Shown in pieces: positions 34,760 through 49,700 of a stretch of 64,000 bases of DNA. The stretch covers positions 186,001 to 250,000 of the forward strand of contig MU004182.1 of NCBI GenBank assembly GCA_010093605.1. The letters are read 5' to 3'. The stretch comes from Lophium mytilinum (Eukaryota). A model generated the notes under the pieces. That model did not search any database and was not told the origin of the DNA. It saw nothing but the letters and a program-made list of their open reading frames with translations. Positions within the stretch are counted from its first letter, which is position 1, and every line of letters begins with the position of its first letter. The position numbers and the translations under genes were made by a program.

Positions 34760-37700
34760 TCACGCGCGCCTCTCAGGCCCATCATCCGGCCTCCCATCCC
34801 ATTCAGACTCCTCATCCGGCTCAACACAATACCCGCCACCGCTCTCCGCAGTCGGCGTGGTAGGCATACCCGTGATACCGGTCGGTATGTTCGTCGTGAA
34901 ACTCCACGTATACGGCGGGAAACAGAGCGAGCTTGTCCGGACATGCGCCCTAGTGGAGCGCGTTGTGACCGGGCCAACGCAGTAGCCTCCGCCGCTTCCT
35001 GCGGTCGGTGTGGGAGGGACACCTGTTATGCCGGAGGGGATGTCGGATGCGAAGCTCCAGGTGTATGGAGAGAAACAGAGAGAAGAAGTTTCGATCGCGG
35101 AGATGGTGGTGAGGGTGGGGCGGTGGTGAGTTGGGCGAGGCGGGGGTCTATGTCCTTCATCAGGCCCTTCTCCGTTGTCTTCGGGCCACTCCGTCACGGT
35201 TACGGTTTTTCCGGAGATGTAACATGGTTTGGAGTACGATACGGGGGTTGGCTTAGGAGTGATGACGGGAGGATGAGGGCGTTCGCAGAAGCCGTAGTCG
35301 GATTGGCAGCCTCTATCGCAGGCAAAGGGGGTGTTGCCACTGGCATGAGGTCAGTGTCAAGGTCTGGCAGCGGAAGGAAGGTATCTTACCATCGGCCATC
35401 TGGGCCACAGCATCTTCCGAACTTCGATCCCTTGCAAGTAAATCCTCTATGTTCTCCGCATGTCCCGTCCGGCGAGATGGGATTCGAAGGTGGTGTGACG
35501 GGCCGGGGCGGTTCGCAGGCGCCGAAACGAGGTTGGCATAGTTCGCCGCAAGCGAAGTCATTGTTGCCGCTGTAGTAAGGAGTTGGCAGTCAGAATGAGA
35601 ATGAATGAATAGTGGGGAAGGGGTGGTTTTACCAATGACCATCTCTGCTACAGCATCTTCCAAATGGCGATCCTTTGCATGTATAGCCCCTACGGCCTCC
35701 GCATGTCCCGTCTGGCGAGATCGAGCCTGGTGGTAGGTTTGGTGTTGGCGAAGGTTCGTTTTCACAGCTCTTCTTTCCTCCTTTGATGTAGCAGGTCGAG
35801 AAAGATGAGGATGATGGGCTGGCTACCACTCCAAACGGCGAAGTTTCAGAGCTAGAATAGACAGAGGATGATATACTAGAAGATGTCGATATTGCAGAGC
35901 GAGAATAGACGGAGGAGTCTATACTAGAAGATGTTGATGTTGCAGAGGGAACATTAGAGCTGCTAGGCGAAGGACTACTAGCGCTGGCAGAAGGGAGGCT
36001 GGTGGGCGGCGGGGCCTCTGAAGATACCGGGCTTGGGATTGAGCATGGAACCTTCATCATGCCCCCGCTAGACCGTTGAGATGTGGTTTGTCCAATAGCG
36101 CTCCTCAATGTACAAGAACCCATCGTATATGTGAAGTCGACACACTCACTCATTCCTGCGCACTGGACTTGACAGTCTGAGAACGTTGTACGAGTTGGGG
36201 CACTTAGAACGGTCCCTGAATGAATGACTCCGCAGTACGCACGGAAACAGACATCCGAGTATTGATACACTTGGCCGTCTTGGACTCCATTACAGGTAAG
36301 TGGCAGCGGAGATGACGACTGAACAAGCGCGGATGTTGTAATAGTGCTTGATGTAGAGCTTGGACTTGACGGAGTGGCAGAGGAACTCGCTGTGGGTGGT
36401 GGCTGTGAGCTAGTTGAAACTACCACGGTTGAGCTTGTCGGCGATGAGACCACACCACCTGGAGACGCTACGGAAGAGCTTCTAGTGGATGAAAGAGAGG
36501 CACTCAGCGTGCTTGTCGATACGGTGACTGGAGAAGGCGAGAGCGGATTGCTAGCTATGGTTGATAGTGACGAGGAGCTTGATGTTACCGGTGTAGTCGT
36601 AGGAGAGAATGGTGGCGAGCTTGAGCCGATTAACAACCGCGCTGCACAAGCCCCAGGCTGATTCCGCGACATGCCCAAAGCGCTCTTCATCTGACAGGAT
36701 GAGCTCATGCTGGTATACTGGACACCCACACAGTTCCGAGCATTTCGACAAGTAGAAATGCATCCAGAGAAAGAGAGGCCTCCCATCGCTTGGCCTAGAT
36801 TTCCATAGGGACCGCCCATGTAGCTGGTGTTGCACTCGACGGTAAAGTCGGATCCGGTATCCGAGTATCCTTGACTAAGGCCGCAACAGGAGGCTGGACT
36901 GGGGCTACCAGAGAGGGTGGAGGATGAAGATGACGCTCCAGACTGTACACTCGTGGGACCACCTAGTGTCGGCGAGCCTGGTGACGAGCTGAAGGAAGAT
37001 GGTATTGACGGAGTTATGACTGACCCAGAAGCCGGCAGTGAGCTTGGAAGCACGGACGAGCTTGAAATCACGGACGAGCTTGAAATCACGGACGAGCTTG
37101 GAAGCCTAGATGACGATGACGATGAAGATGCGGACGATTGTGAGCTTGAAGCACTAGATGACGATGGCAGCGACGCTAATGGTGAGCTTGTGGCCTCGGG
37201 GGAAAATGAGCTTGGAGCTGTAAGCGAAGATGGCAGCGACACTGATGGAGAGCTCGATTCTGCTAAAGATAATGTTGTGCTCGTGGCTATAGGAGAAGAC
37301 GGTGAGGCTGAGACAACGGGAGAAGCTGACGAGCTCAGAGTGACAGAAGAAGACGACGAGTTTGCCACAGCCGATGACGGCGAGGACAGACTTAGTGCCG
37401 TAGACGACAGCGGGGAAGCAATTGATGGTGAGGTCGAAGGCACGGTGGAAGATAGCGACGCGATCGATGCCGAGCTTAGAGCCGATGGACTTGACAAAGT
37501 CAACGAGTCTGACAGTGAGCTGGGTAGCCCAGACGAGGAAGTTGGAGCAAGCGAGGATGAACTTGAGCCAAATACCCTCCTTGCCGCACAGGCCCCTGGT
37601 TGATTGGCTGGAGTGGCAATAGTATTCTTGTATGAGCAAGTTGAGCTTGAAGGTCCTTGGTTGCCAGACGTGAACTGAACGACCACACAGCCATCTGTGG

Positions 37701-40700
37701 TGCTGCATCCGGCTACACAATTGGCGAAGGTAAGACCACGCACGGTTCTGATGTTTTGACCTGGATGACTGGCGTTGCATTCAACGATATAATCAGATCC
37801 GGCAGCTGTGAAGGGTCCTTCATCGAGGCCGCAACAGGTAGCGCTACTGGGACTAGGGATCGACGGGGCAGATGAGGTTGATGCACTTGATGAGCTGCTG
37901 GCTCCCAATGCCGTTGAGGGTTGAGAAGATGATACTGAGATACTGCTTGGGGAACTTCCAGGTGCCGCCGATGTGAGAGTTGAAGACGACGCTGCTGGGG
38001 TTGAAGATGGCGAACTAGTAGAGGCGGAGACACTACTGCTCAAGCTCGTGGATGTTGATGGTGGGAGATTGCTTGGGGAGCTCCCAGGTGCCACCGATGT
38101 GAGAGTTGACGACGTTGCTGCTGAACTTGAAGAAGGCAGACTTGTAGACATCGAGGCAGTGCTTGTGGAAGGTGAGAGTACGATACTGCTTGGCGAGCTC
38201 CCGGGAGCTAGCGATGTGAGACTTGACGACGACGCTGCTGAACTTGAAGATAGCAGACTTGCAGACGTCGAGGCAGTGCTTGTGGAAGGTGAGAGTACGA
38301 CACTGTTTGGCGAGCTCCCGGGTGCCAGCGATGTGAGACTTGACGACGACGCTGCTGAACTTGAAGATGGCAGACTTGACAACGACACTGCTGAAGTTGA
38401 AGATTGCAGACTTGTAGAGACGGGAACACTGCTGCTGATGCTCGCGGATGGTGATGCTGGGCTACTGGGTCCGCTGGTAGAGATGGTTGTGGCCGGCGAA
38501 GCCGGAGAATTACTTGGAGAGATTGAACCACCAAGCCCGCTTGATAAACTACTCGATGATGATGAAGCTGGCGATGAGCTCGGGGAATTCGCTGGTGGCG
38601 AACTTGGGGAGTTGCTTGGAGAAGCTGAGCTACTGGATCTGCTAGATAAAGAGCTTGGAGAAGTTAGGGGGCCGGGTCCGCTCGATGAAATGCTCGCTGG
38701 TGGTGAAGCTGACAGATTGCTTGAAGAAAATGGGCTACTGGGTGCGCTAGATGAGTTAGTTGGCGGCGGCGGTGTTGACGAGATGCCTGGAGAGGTTGGG
38801 CCACCGGGTCCACTTGATGGACTGCTTGTTGGCGGCAAAGTTGAAGAAGCGCTCGGAGAAGTTGGCCCACTGGAAAAGCTTGATGAGTTGCTTGCTAGTG
38901 GAGATGTTGGCAGGTAGCTTAAAGAAATTGAACTACTGGATCCGCTTGATGAACTACTTATTGGCGGCAAAGCTGAAGAAGCGCTCGGAGAAGTTGGCCC
39001 ACTGGAAAAGCTTGATGAGTTGCTTGCTGGTGGCGATGTTGGCGAGTAACTTAAAGAAATTGAAATACTGGATCCGCTTGATGCACTACTTGTTGACGGC
39101 AAAGCTGATGAAGTGCTCGTAGAGCTCGCTGGTGGCGATGTTGGCGAGTTGCTCGAAGAAGTTGAACCACTGGATCCGCTCGATAGACTAGTTATTGGCG
39201 ACAGAGCTGATGAAGTGCTCGTAAAACCCGCGGGTTGAGATGGTGACAAGTTGCTCGAAGAAGCTGAGTCGCTGAGTCCACTAGACGAACTACTTGACAG
39301 TGATGAAGCTGGAGAATTGCTTAGAGACACTGAGCTACTGCTTACGCTGGTAGGACTACTCGACGCGGCTACAGATGGCGTATTTCCTGGCAAATTGACA
39401 CTACTTGAATTACCGGGAGCTGATGTTGCCAGTGATATAGTCCCTGATGTGGTGGTTATTGCAGTCGTGATACTGGGTACTTGGCTTGTAGCACTTGTTG
39501 TGCTGGTCACTGAGCTTGATGAAGGCTCTTCGACCTTTTGGAAGAATGCTGCCGGCGTCTCATCAATAGTGGGAGGTCCCTTCGTATATCTCTTAAGGGT
39601 ACAAAGCCTATCTTGAGTATAGACGACACCAACGCACATAACGTTGGCTGCACAGGCACCTAAACATGATGACAGTGGGACATTTGTCATGTTTGCAATG
39701 TCCGTGGTAGGATCGGTATAGGTTGCGTTACAGTTCGGTTGGAAGCAAACACCTCCTTGACAGTAGCTCTGCCCTTCGGCATATCCAAAGCAGCTTGTGA
39801 CTGTGGGGGATGCGCTGAAGCTTGCGGAAGATGTGGTTATTGAGGGGGATGATGAGACACTGGAATTGGTCGAGGATTGTTCGAATGATAACGGTGAAGA
39901 TGTCGCAGTTGACGGTGGAGAAGACGCTGGACTAGAAGAAGTTGAGGACCCAGACAGCGCCGAGCTGATCGCACTACTTTCATCTAGAGATGATAGACTC
40001 GATGTAGCTGTCGGGCCTTGGGGCGGAGAGGAGGAAAGGCCAAGAGATGATTGCGAACTTGAGAACTCAGACAAGGTACCTAAGAGGCTGTCTGAAGAAC
40101 CAAGGCTTGCTGATAGCGATAGGCTTGCTGAGGATGAGCTTGATGTAGTTGTTGCACTTTGTGATGGAGAGGAGGAGCTGCTAAGTTGCGACTGTGAGCT
40201 CGAGACGCTGCTCGAAGAGCCAAAGCTTGCCGATGGCGACAGGCTTGCTGATGTCGATAGGCTTCCCGAAGATGAACTCGATGTAGCTGTTGCATTTTGC
40301 GATGGAGAGGAGGAGCTGCTAAGTTGTGACTGTGAGCTCGAGAGGCTACCCGAAGAGCTAAGGCTTGCCGATGACGAAAGACTCCCTGAATCTGAATTCG
40401 ATGTAGCTGTCGGACCTTGCGGCGCGGACGGAGAGCTGCCTGGAGATGATTGCGAGCTCAAAAGGCTAGACAAGGTACTGGACAGACTACCTGAAAAGCT
40501 AAGGCTTGCTGATGCCGATGGGCTTCCCGAGGATAGACTTGATGCTGTTGTCGCACCTTGTGATGCGGATGGAGAGCTACCATTAGATGATAGCAAGCTC
40601 AAGGGGCTAGAGAAGGGGGTCGTGAAGCTGTCCGAAGAGTTAAAGCTTAAAGTCAGCGATGGGCTTTCCAAAGGTGAGCTCGCTGAGAAAAATGAAGACG

Positions 40701-43700
40701 CGATGGAAGTTCCCGAAGATTGCGATAAGGATCCTGTCGATGGGCTTCCAGAAGACGAAGTTGCACCGATCGACATTGACGAGCTACTGGATTGACTAGT
40801 TGAGCCAGTCAAAGACGAAGAGCCACTTGCAAAGTTGCAAACTGCCGAATCGGTAGTGGGGCTGTCTGAAGGCGTGCCTGTGGTAGATTTAAGCTGGCAC
40901 GATTTTGATGTTCTCCCGTAAGATACACCCACACAGTTAGCTGTTTGCTGACACGTGCTGACACAAGCCTCAAAGCTATTTTTGGTGGAAGCGAATCCAA
41001 GATTTCCAGTAGGATAATTAGTGCTGCATCTGATGGTGCATAAGCCACCACCAGGCGGAGAATATGACGATCCGTTTGACCCAGGACACAAGCTTGAAGG
41101 CGACGAGGCAAGCGGAGATGAGGTCACGGATACTGCGCTCGATGCTCCACTTGAGGCCGAGGAGATACCAGGTGAGCTGCTGATTGACGATGGCGTTGAT
41201 CCAGAAGTGTTCAAAGACGGTGAAATAGAGGTTGTACTTGAAGCCGTAGTTGAGGCTGACGCAGGAGCCGAATTCATGACTACAGAGCTGGTGACCGATC
41301 CAGACGCGAAAGAAGAGACGGAAAGCGGAGATGATGAGGCGCTCGATGTCTGGTTGTTCCAGCTCACGCTTGGCTGAGATGTGGACGAACTAGAATCGCT
41401 GTTGAGCGTAGATGGAGAGACTCCTGGTCCACCTGTTGAGCTGGATGATGTTCCAGACGTTGTAGCTGTTATAGACGGGGTGTTGGACGCGGGCGAAATT
41501 GACGAGGCTGAACTAGACCCAGAGGAGACGGAGAAAGTACTTGTCGTACTGGACGGGCCTGAATCTACGGATGGGCTAGAACCGCTAATAGGCGTGGAAG
41601 AAATGCTCTCCCCACTGAATGAGCTAAACAAACCTGATGTCGATGCAAAGAAGCTAACTGAAGTATTCGAGGTAGTGGATAATGCCGAAAGGGTGGATGG
41701 ACTGAAGCTGCTACTAAACGGAGGGGAAGAGAATCCAGTCCCGCTGAAGGAGGTGGGTGAGGTTGAATTCGCTCCAGGGGAGCTCCACAGAGTACCTGAT
41801 GAGGCGGAGGGGACAAAAGCTGTGGATGAGCTAGAGCTGCTACTAGTCGGAGAGGATACCCCGGTCCCACCAAAGGAGCTGGACGAGGACGAAGTCAATG
41901 CAGAGGAGCTGGACAAAGTGCTTGACGAGGTGGAGGGGGCAAAAGCTATGGATGAGCTGGAGTTGCTACTAGTCGGAAGGGAGACCCCGCTCCCACTAGA
42001 GGAACTGGATGAAGCTGGAGGCAATCCGGAGGAGCTAGACGAAGTACTTGATGACGCGGACGTGACTGAAACTGTGGACGAACTAGAGCTGCTACTAGGC
42101 ACAGACGAAACCCCCTTCCCGCTAAATGAGCTGAGTGAAGACGATGTCGATCCGGAAGAACTAGACGAAGTACTTGACGACCCAGACGAGACTGAACTTG
42201 TAGATGAGCTAGAGCTGCTACTAGGCGGAGAAGAAACCCCGTTCCCGCTGAACGAGCTGGGCGAAGACGAAGTCGATCCGGAGGAGCTTGACAAAGTACC
42301 AGATGACGCGGACGGGACTGACATCACAGATGAGCCAGAGCTGCTGGTAAGCAGAGTAGAAGAAACCCCTTCCCCGTTGAACGAGCTTTGTGAAAGTGAA
42401 GATGTTATGGACGAGCTAGAGCTACTGCTAGTGGAAGGAGAAGAAACTCCTTGCCCGCTGAAGGAGCTTGGCGAGGGCGAAGCTATGGATGAGCTGGAGC
42501 TACTGCTAGCCGGAGGAGAAGAAACTCCTGTTCCATTAAAGGAACTGGGTAAAGGTGAAGACGATAGAGATGAGAATACGCTGGACGGGGACTCCACCGA
42601 AGTAAGGTTGGTGGAGCTAGAGCCACCTGAAACAGTACTCGGCGCAGACGAAGAGCCTGAGAATGATGAGGGGAAGGACGACAAGTAGGTGGATCCAGAT
42701 GGCAGCGAGGATGATGAGGATATTGAAGACGTCATCACAGCTATAGATGAGGCATTAGAAATGCTACTACTACTCCCTCCCGTCGTGGATGGTGATGTCC
42801 CAGAGAGCGATGAGCTTGACGAAGGAGGGTGATAAGCAGCGCACAGTCTTGGGCCGTTGTTCGTGATGGATGAGCCGTTCGTAGCCACGTAATAACAAGC
42901 TTGCGAGTCCGGATACCATACTGCCTCGTTGCAGCCCTGGGCATTGTCGCATATCTGAACACACTGTCCAAAAGTTGAGGAGAATGTGGAGCTTGAGCTG
43001 CCGAGATATACACCGTTACACAGGATCTCATAGGAATTGCTCCCAGAGAAGACGGTGCTGCCTTCAGCCTGCCCACAGCACAATGCAATTGATAGGGTCG
43101 ACGAGGCAGCGCTTGATGATGTGGCTCCCGAAGAAACGTTAGTCATGGCGGTGATGGTCGGTGATGAGAGCGATGTTGAAGAAGGGACTGTGGTTTCTGT
43201 ACCCGAGGAAGTGGTTCTACTACTCGTGTCGGAGAGACTATTCGTGCCTGTGGATAACGGTGTTGAAGCTATAGAAGAGAATTCGCTTGAAGACGAAGCG
43301 CTAGCTGAGCTGCTGTTCACTCCAGCGGAGGGTGATACCAAAGACGGCGAAAACGATGTGCTGAAGGTTGAGTTACTGGGCGGACCGCTGCTCAATGTCC
43401 CCGACGGTGATGGCGAAAATGATGATGAAAGCTCGCTCGAGGAGGGGCTTCCAGATGGACTGCTATTCGGACTACTAGGTGGTGACACGGAGGGAGGCGA
43501 AGACACCGCGCTTGAAGATGACGCACTGCTGTTCGATAAGAGAGTTGGCGGTATCGAAATAGGCGAAGAGAGCATGCTTGAAGATGAGGTACCAATTTGA
43601 CTGCTATTCCATCCACCAGATGGCGATATTGAGATAGATGAAGAAAACACGCTTGAATCTGAAACACTAGATTGGCTGCTGTTCGATGCGCCAGTTGGCG

Positions 43701-46700
43701 AAGCCGAGACAGGAGAAGGCAATGCGCTAGAAGATTGACTGCTACTCGATACTCCTGATGGCGATATCGGACCCGGAGAAGAGGATGCACTCGAGGTCGA
43801 GATTGCAACCGAAAGGGTGGTAGGAATAGTCGTTGGAATTGAAGACGAAAATCCTGACGCGCCACCTGAAGTCGTCGCAGATACAGAAGCAGGACTGATG
43901 CTGCTGGTAATGGAGGAACTGTTTGATCCAGAAGACGATGATGTTGGAGACGGTGAAGAGGCCGCGCTTGGAGAGATTGCCACCGAGAAGGTAGTAGGAA
44001 CAGTCGTTGAGATTGACGACGGAGATCCTGACGCACTGTTCGAAGTCGTTGCGGATACAGATGCGGGACTGGAGCTGTTACTAATGGAGAGGCTGTTCGT
44101 CCATACAGTTGAGGATGCCAGAGGCGACGAGGAGAACGCCGCTGAGGATGTGATGCTTGACGAAGTAACAACACTCGGTTGTGTGGGTGTCGAAGAGGAG
44201 ATTGCCTCGCTGGACAGGTTGCTGGACACTCCAGAAGTTGATGATAGCGATGAGGTGGAGTTCGAGTATATACTCTGTGAAAGACTGTCGGTCGTTGAAG
44301 TGATGCTCGGCGATGAAAGACCTGCACTCGATCCGGTGCTTGTCAACGAGGAAATTGTGACACTAGTCGAGCTGCTAGACACTCCAGATGTGAAGGAGCT
44401 GCCGGTAATCAGCGCGGTGCTTAAAGATAGACTACCACTAGAAGAAGAGTTCCCTAAGCTATAAGAGGGATTCGTTCCCGAGACGGTACTGCTGAATGAC
44501 GAAGATGCGGCAGGTGATTGGCTACTCGACAACGAGGGTGAGCTTCCGGAGGATCCCATAGCTGGGCTTGATATAGTGCTCAGAGAATAGCTATTGCCAA
44601 ATGATGAAGACCCGAGCCCCAGTGAACTGCTTGACGATGATGCAGTGGCGTTGGAAAGTGTAAAGCCTGACGTTATTGGAGAACGCGACTCTGCCGAAGT
44701 AGTCACTTCGGATGAATAAGAGGATCCAGAGGAAGTGATGAAGCTCGTGCTAGGAGGTATGGAGCTTGTTGAAGACGACGGCGCTGGTGAAGTAGATCCA
44801 GACAAGTTGAAAGCGGAAGAAAGTATGCTGAACGACCCTGGAGAGCTAGTTGTTGATGCACTCAACGAAGGCGAGCTAGGGGTTGCCGAGGGGTTGCTAG
44901 TGAGGGAGAAGTTGCTGCTCGCTCCGGTCACTAAGAATGAAGAACTCAGCGAAGAATTGCCCGTTGTAGAAGCTTTAAATGGCGAAGATGTTGGTTGGGA
45001 GACGCCGCTAGGGCTGCTGGCAACCGTAAGACTGAGAGTGGATCCAGAAGTAGATGGAGAGAGGCTCGAGGAAGAATTCAGTAACGCAGAAGAATTCGAG
45101 GGAAGACGGTAAGCTGCGCAAAGTCCTTGCACCGTGGCCAACTGGGCGTTTGGCGCGGGAGCCAAGTGATAACATTCAGAAGGATCTCCACCTGGAACCG
45201 CTGCATACCACAATACCTCACTGCAAGTAGCATCACTCTCACAGTCCTGAATACACTCGGTAAACGACAGGTCAGTTGAGGAGGCCTCTTCTGAGGCTTG
45301 ATACCAAGCATCGCAAAGAACTTGATAGGTGCCGCTTCCGGAAGCGACTGTAGATCCACACAGCCCAGCACACACTGCAGACGATGAAGTAGAAGTAATC
45401 GAGCTCGAGGTAGTAGTTGTCTCTGTCAGATCGATAGTCGTGCTTGTGAAAGTCGATGACGAGAGACCTGAGCTTGATCCGAGGGCGAAACTTGCCGACG
45501 AAGTTGTGGCAGATGAGCTACTGTTTACTGACATTGGTGTGTTTTGACTCGGCGAAAACAACGATGCAGACATCACCCCGCTACTAGAGCTTGAGATGGT
45601 TGGGCTATTGTTGGATGCTGAGAGGCTAGAATCAATCGATGATCCCGAGTAAGACTGGCTCGCAGAAAGAGTACTGCTGCTGCGTTGTGTTTCGGACTGA
45701 TTCGAGGATACAGAGCCAGATACGAGGCTACTACTACCACTATCGACTGTACCAGAAGCCGTAGGGATGATAGTTTGTGTGCTGTTTAGAAGTGGCGAAC
45801 TGACCATCGAAGACACAGTAGACATTGGTGATACTACGGCGCTTCCGTTGACAGTGGATGTCGAAGTGGTTGGAGAGCTCTCTGAACTGTTCAAGAGCGG
45901 TGAACTGAATGACGAAATAACACTTGATGATGTCGTTGTCACGCTGCTCTCACTCACGACGACTTCTGAAGTGACTGAGACACTTTGTGAGCTGCTGGAG
46001 AGTGATGAACTTTCTGTCGAAAATACGCTAGACAATGAAGACACCGTGGAACTTTCATTGACAACTGATTCTGAAGTAGTCGATGCACTTTGCGTGCTAC
46101 TCATCGTTGGGGAGGTGGCTAGGAGCATGCTCGAGTTCGTCAATGGTGAAATGACTGTCGAAAACGCGCTGAACAATGAAGATACTGTGGAACTTTCATT
46201 GACAATGGACTCGGAAGTAGTCGATATACTTTGTGTGATATTCATCATCGGGGAGGTCGCTGAGGGCATGCTCGAGTTTGTCAATAGTGAACTAATTGCT
46301 GGAGACACGCTCGGCGATGGCGATACCACGCTGCTCTCACTTATGGACAGTGCCGACGTAATCGAAATATTTTCCGAGCTGCTCAAAAGCAGTGAACTAG
46401 ATGTTGAAGACACGTTGTTAGATGACGATACTGTAGAACTTTCACTGGCAGCGAATTCTGAAGAGACCGAGGAGCTTTGTGTACTCAATGTTGAGGAGCT
46501 AGCCAAAGACGCGCTCGAATTCGTCAATGGTGAACTGACTGCTAGAGACATGCTCGGGGATGATGATGCCACGCTACTGTCGCTGATGACGGGTGTAGAA
46601 GTGAGCGAGATACTTTCCGAATTTGACGGTGTACGCAAACTAGTAACCGAGCTTTCTGAAGAAGAAGTCAACGAACGCGAGACCCAGACCGCAGCACATG

Positions 46701-49700
46701 TTCCAGGAGAGTCGACAGTCACAGAGCCAGAGACAGTAACTTGAATCAGGTAGCAGATTCCTGGTGATCCTGGAATGAACCACGCTTCGTTGCAACTGCT
46801 AGACTGTTCACATGCGTCTACGCACTCTGAAATTGACTGGGCTGAGTTGTCGGTACTGTACTGCGCCAGAGCTCCGTATAGGTATCTATCGCAGTATATT
46901 TGATAAGTATCTCCTGAGGCGACCAAAGTACTACCATCTGTCACTCCACAGCACGTGACTGGAGATGGAGTCGAAGAGATTGAGCTATTTGTTGCGCTTT
47001 CTGAGAGACTCAATGTGCTGGTGGGAGTTATGGAAATGCCCGGTACTGAGGAGCTAGGTCCAGTCGATACGCTTGAAGAGGATGGGCTTGAATAAGGCGT
47101 ACTGTTGCCAGACTGCGTGACGGATGGAACCGACGAAGGTTCGACCGACGAAGGTTCGACCAACGAAGGCTCGACCGACGAAGGCTCGACCGACGTAGGT
47201 TCGACTGACGACGATTGAGAGGATGATGATGATTGGCTCGGATTCGACGTGGTGCTGTCAGATTGTGCGTAAGTGGAGGCCGACGAAGATTCAATTGATG
47301 ACGATTGAGCTGATGACGAGAATTGAATCGAAGTCGACGTTGTGTTTTCAAGCTGTGTGGTAGATGGAGCGAACGAAAATCCGGTTGAGGACGAAAGTTC
47401 GATTGACGACGATAGAGCTGATGAAGATTGATTCCACGAAGTTTGAATCGATGATGATTGAGCCGATGAGGATTCAATTGACGGCGAAGCACTTGATTCT
47501 CCAGTCGAGGTTGCACTTGATAAAGACGCAAATCCGGACGGCGGCATCACGCTGCCCTCACTAGTTACGGATCCTGGAGTAAACGAAGTATCTTCTGAAC
47601 TGGAAAAGGCAGTAGAGGTGACCGTCAAACTTGCCGAAGAAGACAATGAGCTTGGTAGCCGTGCTGCTGCACATGAATCAGGGTATTCGAAACTATCAGG
47701 ATAAGAGTCTATCAGCTGTATATGGTAACAGCTTCCTAGCGGCGATCCGGGGATGAATAGCCCTTCATCGCAGGTGCTAACGTCTTCGCATAAACTCAGA
47801 CAATCTGCGAGTGACGAGGCATCGGTATTGTTGGTCGGCGAGCCGGGTGAGAACAGGTATCTGCCACAATAGACCTGATACGTGTCTCCTGTAGACACGA
47901 ACGTACTGCCTTCTGCTACTCCACAGCATGTTGCTGCATAGGAAGTTGAAGAAGGCAAGCTCTGTGTTGGGCTTCCTGGGATACTTGCCGACGCGCTTGA
48001 AGTCTCAGGACTGCTGGGCTGGAGAGTTGAGTTCGATGATAACGATGAAGGACCAGAAGTAGCATTTGTTGAGGAAGACGAAGAGGCTGAAGACGTCTCA
48101 GAAGGCATTGAACTAGAGATGCTAGCGCTACTAGCCAGGGCTGATGGCTCTGTTGTGGTGGTGGCTGCTATAGCGGTATTTGATATCGATGTTCCTGGGG
48201 AAGCGGAGGTTGATGTGGAGCTCGAGCTACTTTGCGTTTGAGATTGATCGGGGAAACTTGATGCCTCGGAAGTGGAGTACGAAGAAGATAGCGGTGATGA
48301 TGGTAGTGAGCTTGCGGCACTAGCTTCGGATGATATCGCAGCGCTCGAATTGCTCGAGAGAGCCATCGTTGGTTCGGATGACTGGCTTAGACTTTGGGAT
48401 ATTGGTGATGTTGATGACGGGGTGGTCACAGCTAGGACAGAAGAGCTCGAAGTCGCTGTGATGCTCGAAGTGGCTGAAGACGACGTCAGAGACTGTGATA
48501 AAGTCTCCGAAAGTGAACTGGAAAGTGAACCAGTACTCGATGCATCTGAAGATGGCAGGGAGCTCGAGAAATTATAACCCGTGGATCCCGCCGACGAAGT
48601 CACAGACTGTGATAATGATTCCGAAAGAGAAATTGAAAGTGAAGTAGTACTAGATGCGACTGAAGCTGGTAGGGAGCTCGAGAAATCAGAAGTCGTGAAT
48701 TCCACCGACGAAGACCGGGATAATGACTCGGAAAGAGTCGTTGAGAGCGGTCCACTGCTTAATCCGACTGAAGACGACGAGGTGCTCGAAGAGCTATAGA
48801 CTGTGGATTCTGTCGACGAAACGGGAAGCCCTTCGCTCGTCGAAGTCGCCACGGACGTCACCGATATGACACTTGATAAAGCCGGAGACTTGTACGCCAT
48901 GCACACATTTGAGTCTGGGTAAGAGTACGCGTCCCCAGTAGATCCGAAGCAAGCCTTATTCGATTGGAACCAAATTGCATTGTCACAGTAGGAAGAGCCA
49001 CTACAAGTGCGAATGCAATCTTCGTAGGTGCCGCCGCTACCACTAGACATGTACGATATGTTTGAGCCGCGGATAGTACCACAACCCTGTTGGTACGTGT
49101 CGACACCATCCGTAATAGTCGCACCGTTTGCATAACCGCAGCAAAGGGCGCTGGTGGGAGAGGGCGACGGTGTCGATGATCTAGAGTGGTTTGGTCCCAC
49201 CTGTAGTCCGCCGCATGCATCGGAGTCATAGATCGGAGGGTCGCCAGAGACGGTGGTCAAAAATTGACAGTAACCTTGCATTTTGCTTGCGTTGGGCGGA
49301 TAGTAAGCTACGTCGTTGCAGTTTGTTTGATCGTCGCAAGCGTTCATACAGTCCTCAAATGTGGGCTCGATATACCATCTCTCGTTCGTGCCTTGGTATT
49401 GACCGCACTGGACTTCGTAGATGCTTCCCGCGGAATAGTATGTTGTCCCGTTCGGCCTCCCGCAGCAGACAGAACCGGTGGGGCTTGCGAATGGAGAAAT
49501 CAGGCTTGTGGATGAGGAGAGGTTAGGACTTGCGATGGGGGAGCTCGAGACAGTAGTCGAATAGAGGGTTGGACTTAGGATGGGAGGACTGGAACTGGGG
49601 GAGGAGGAGCCAGGGCTCGCAATTAGGGTACTCGATACTGTAGTCGAGGAGATGCTTGTATTGGCAACCAAAGAAATTGGACTGGTAGACGAGGAGAGGT

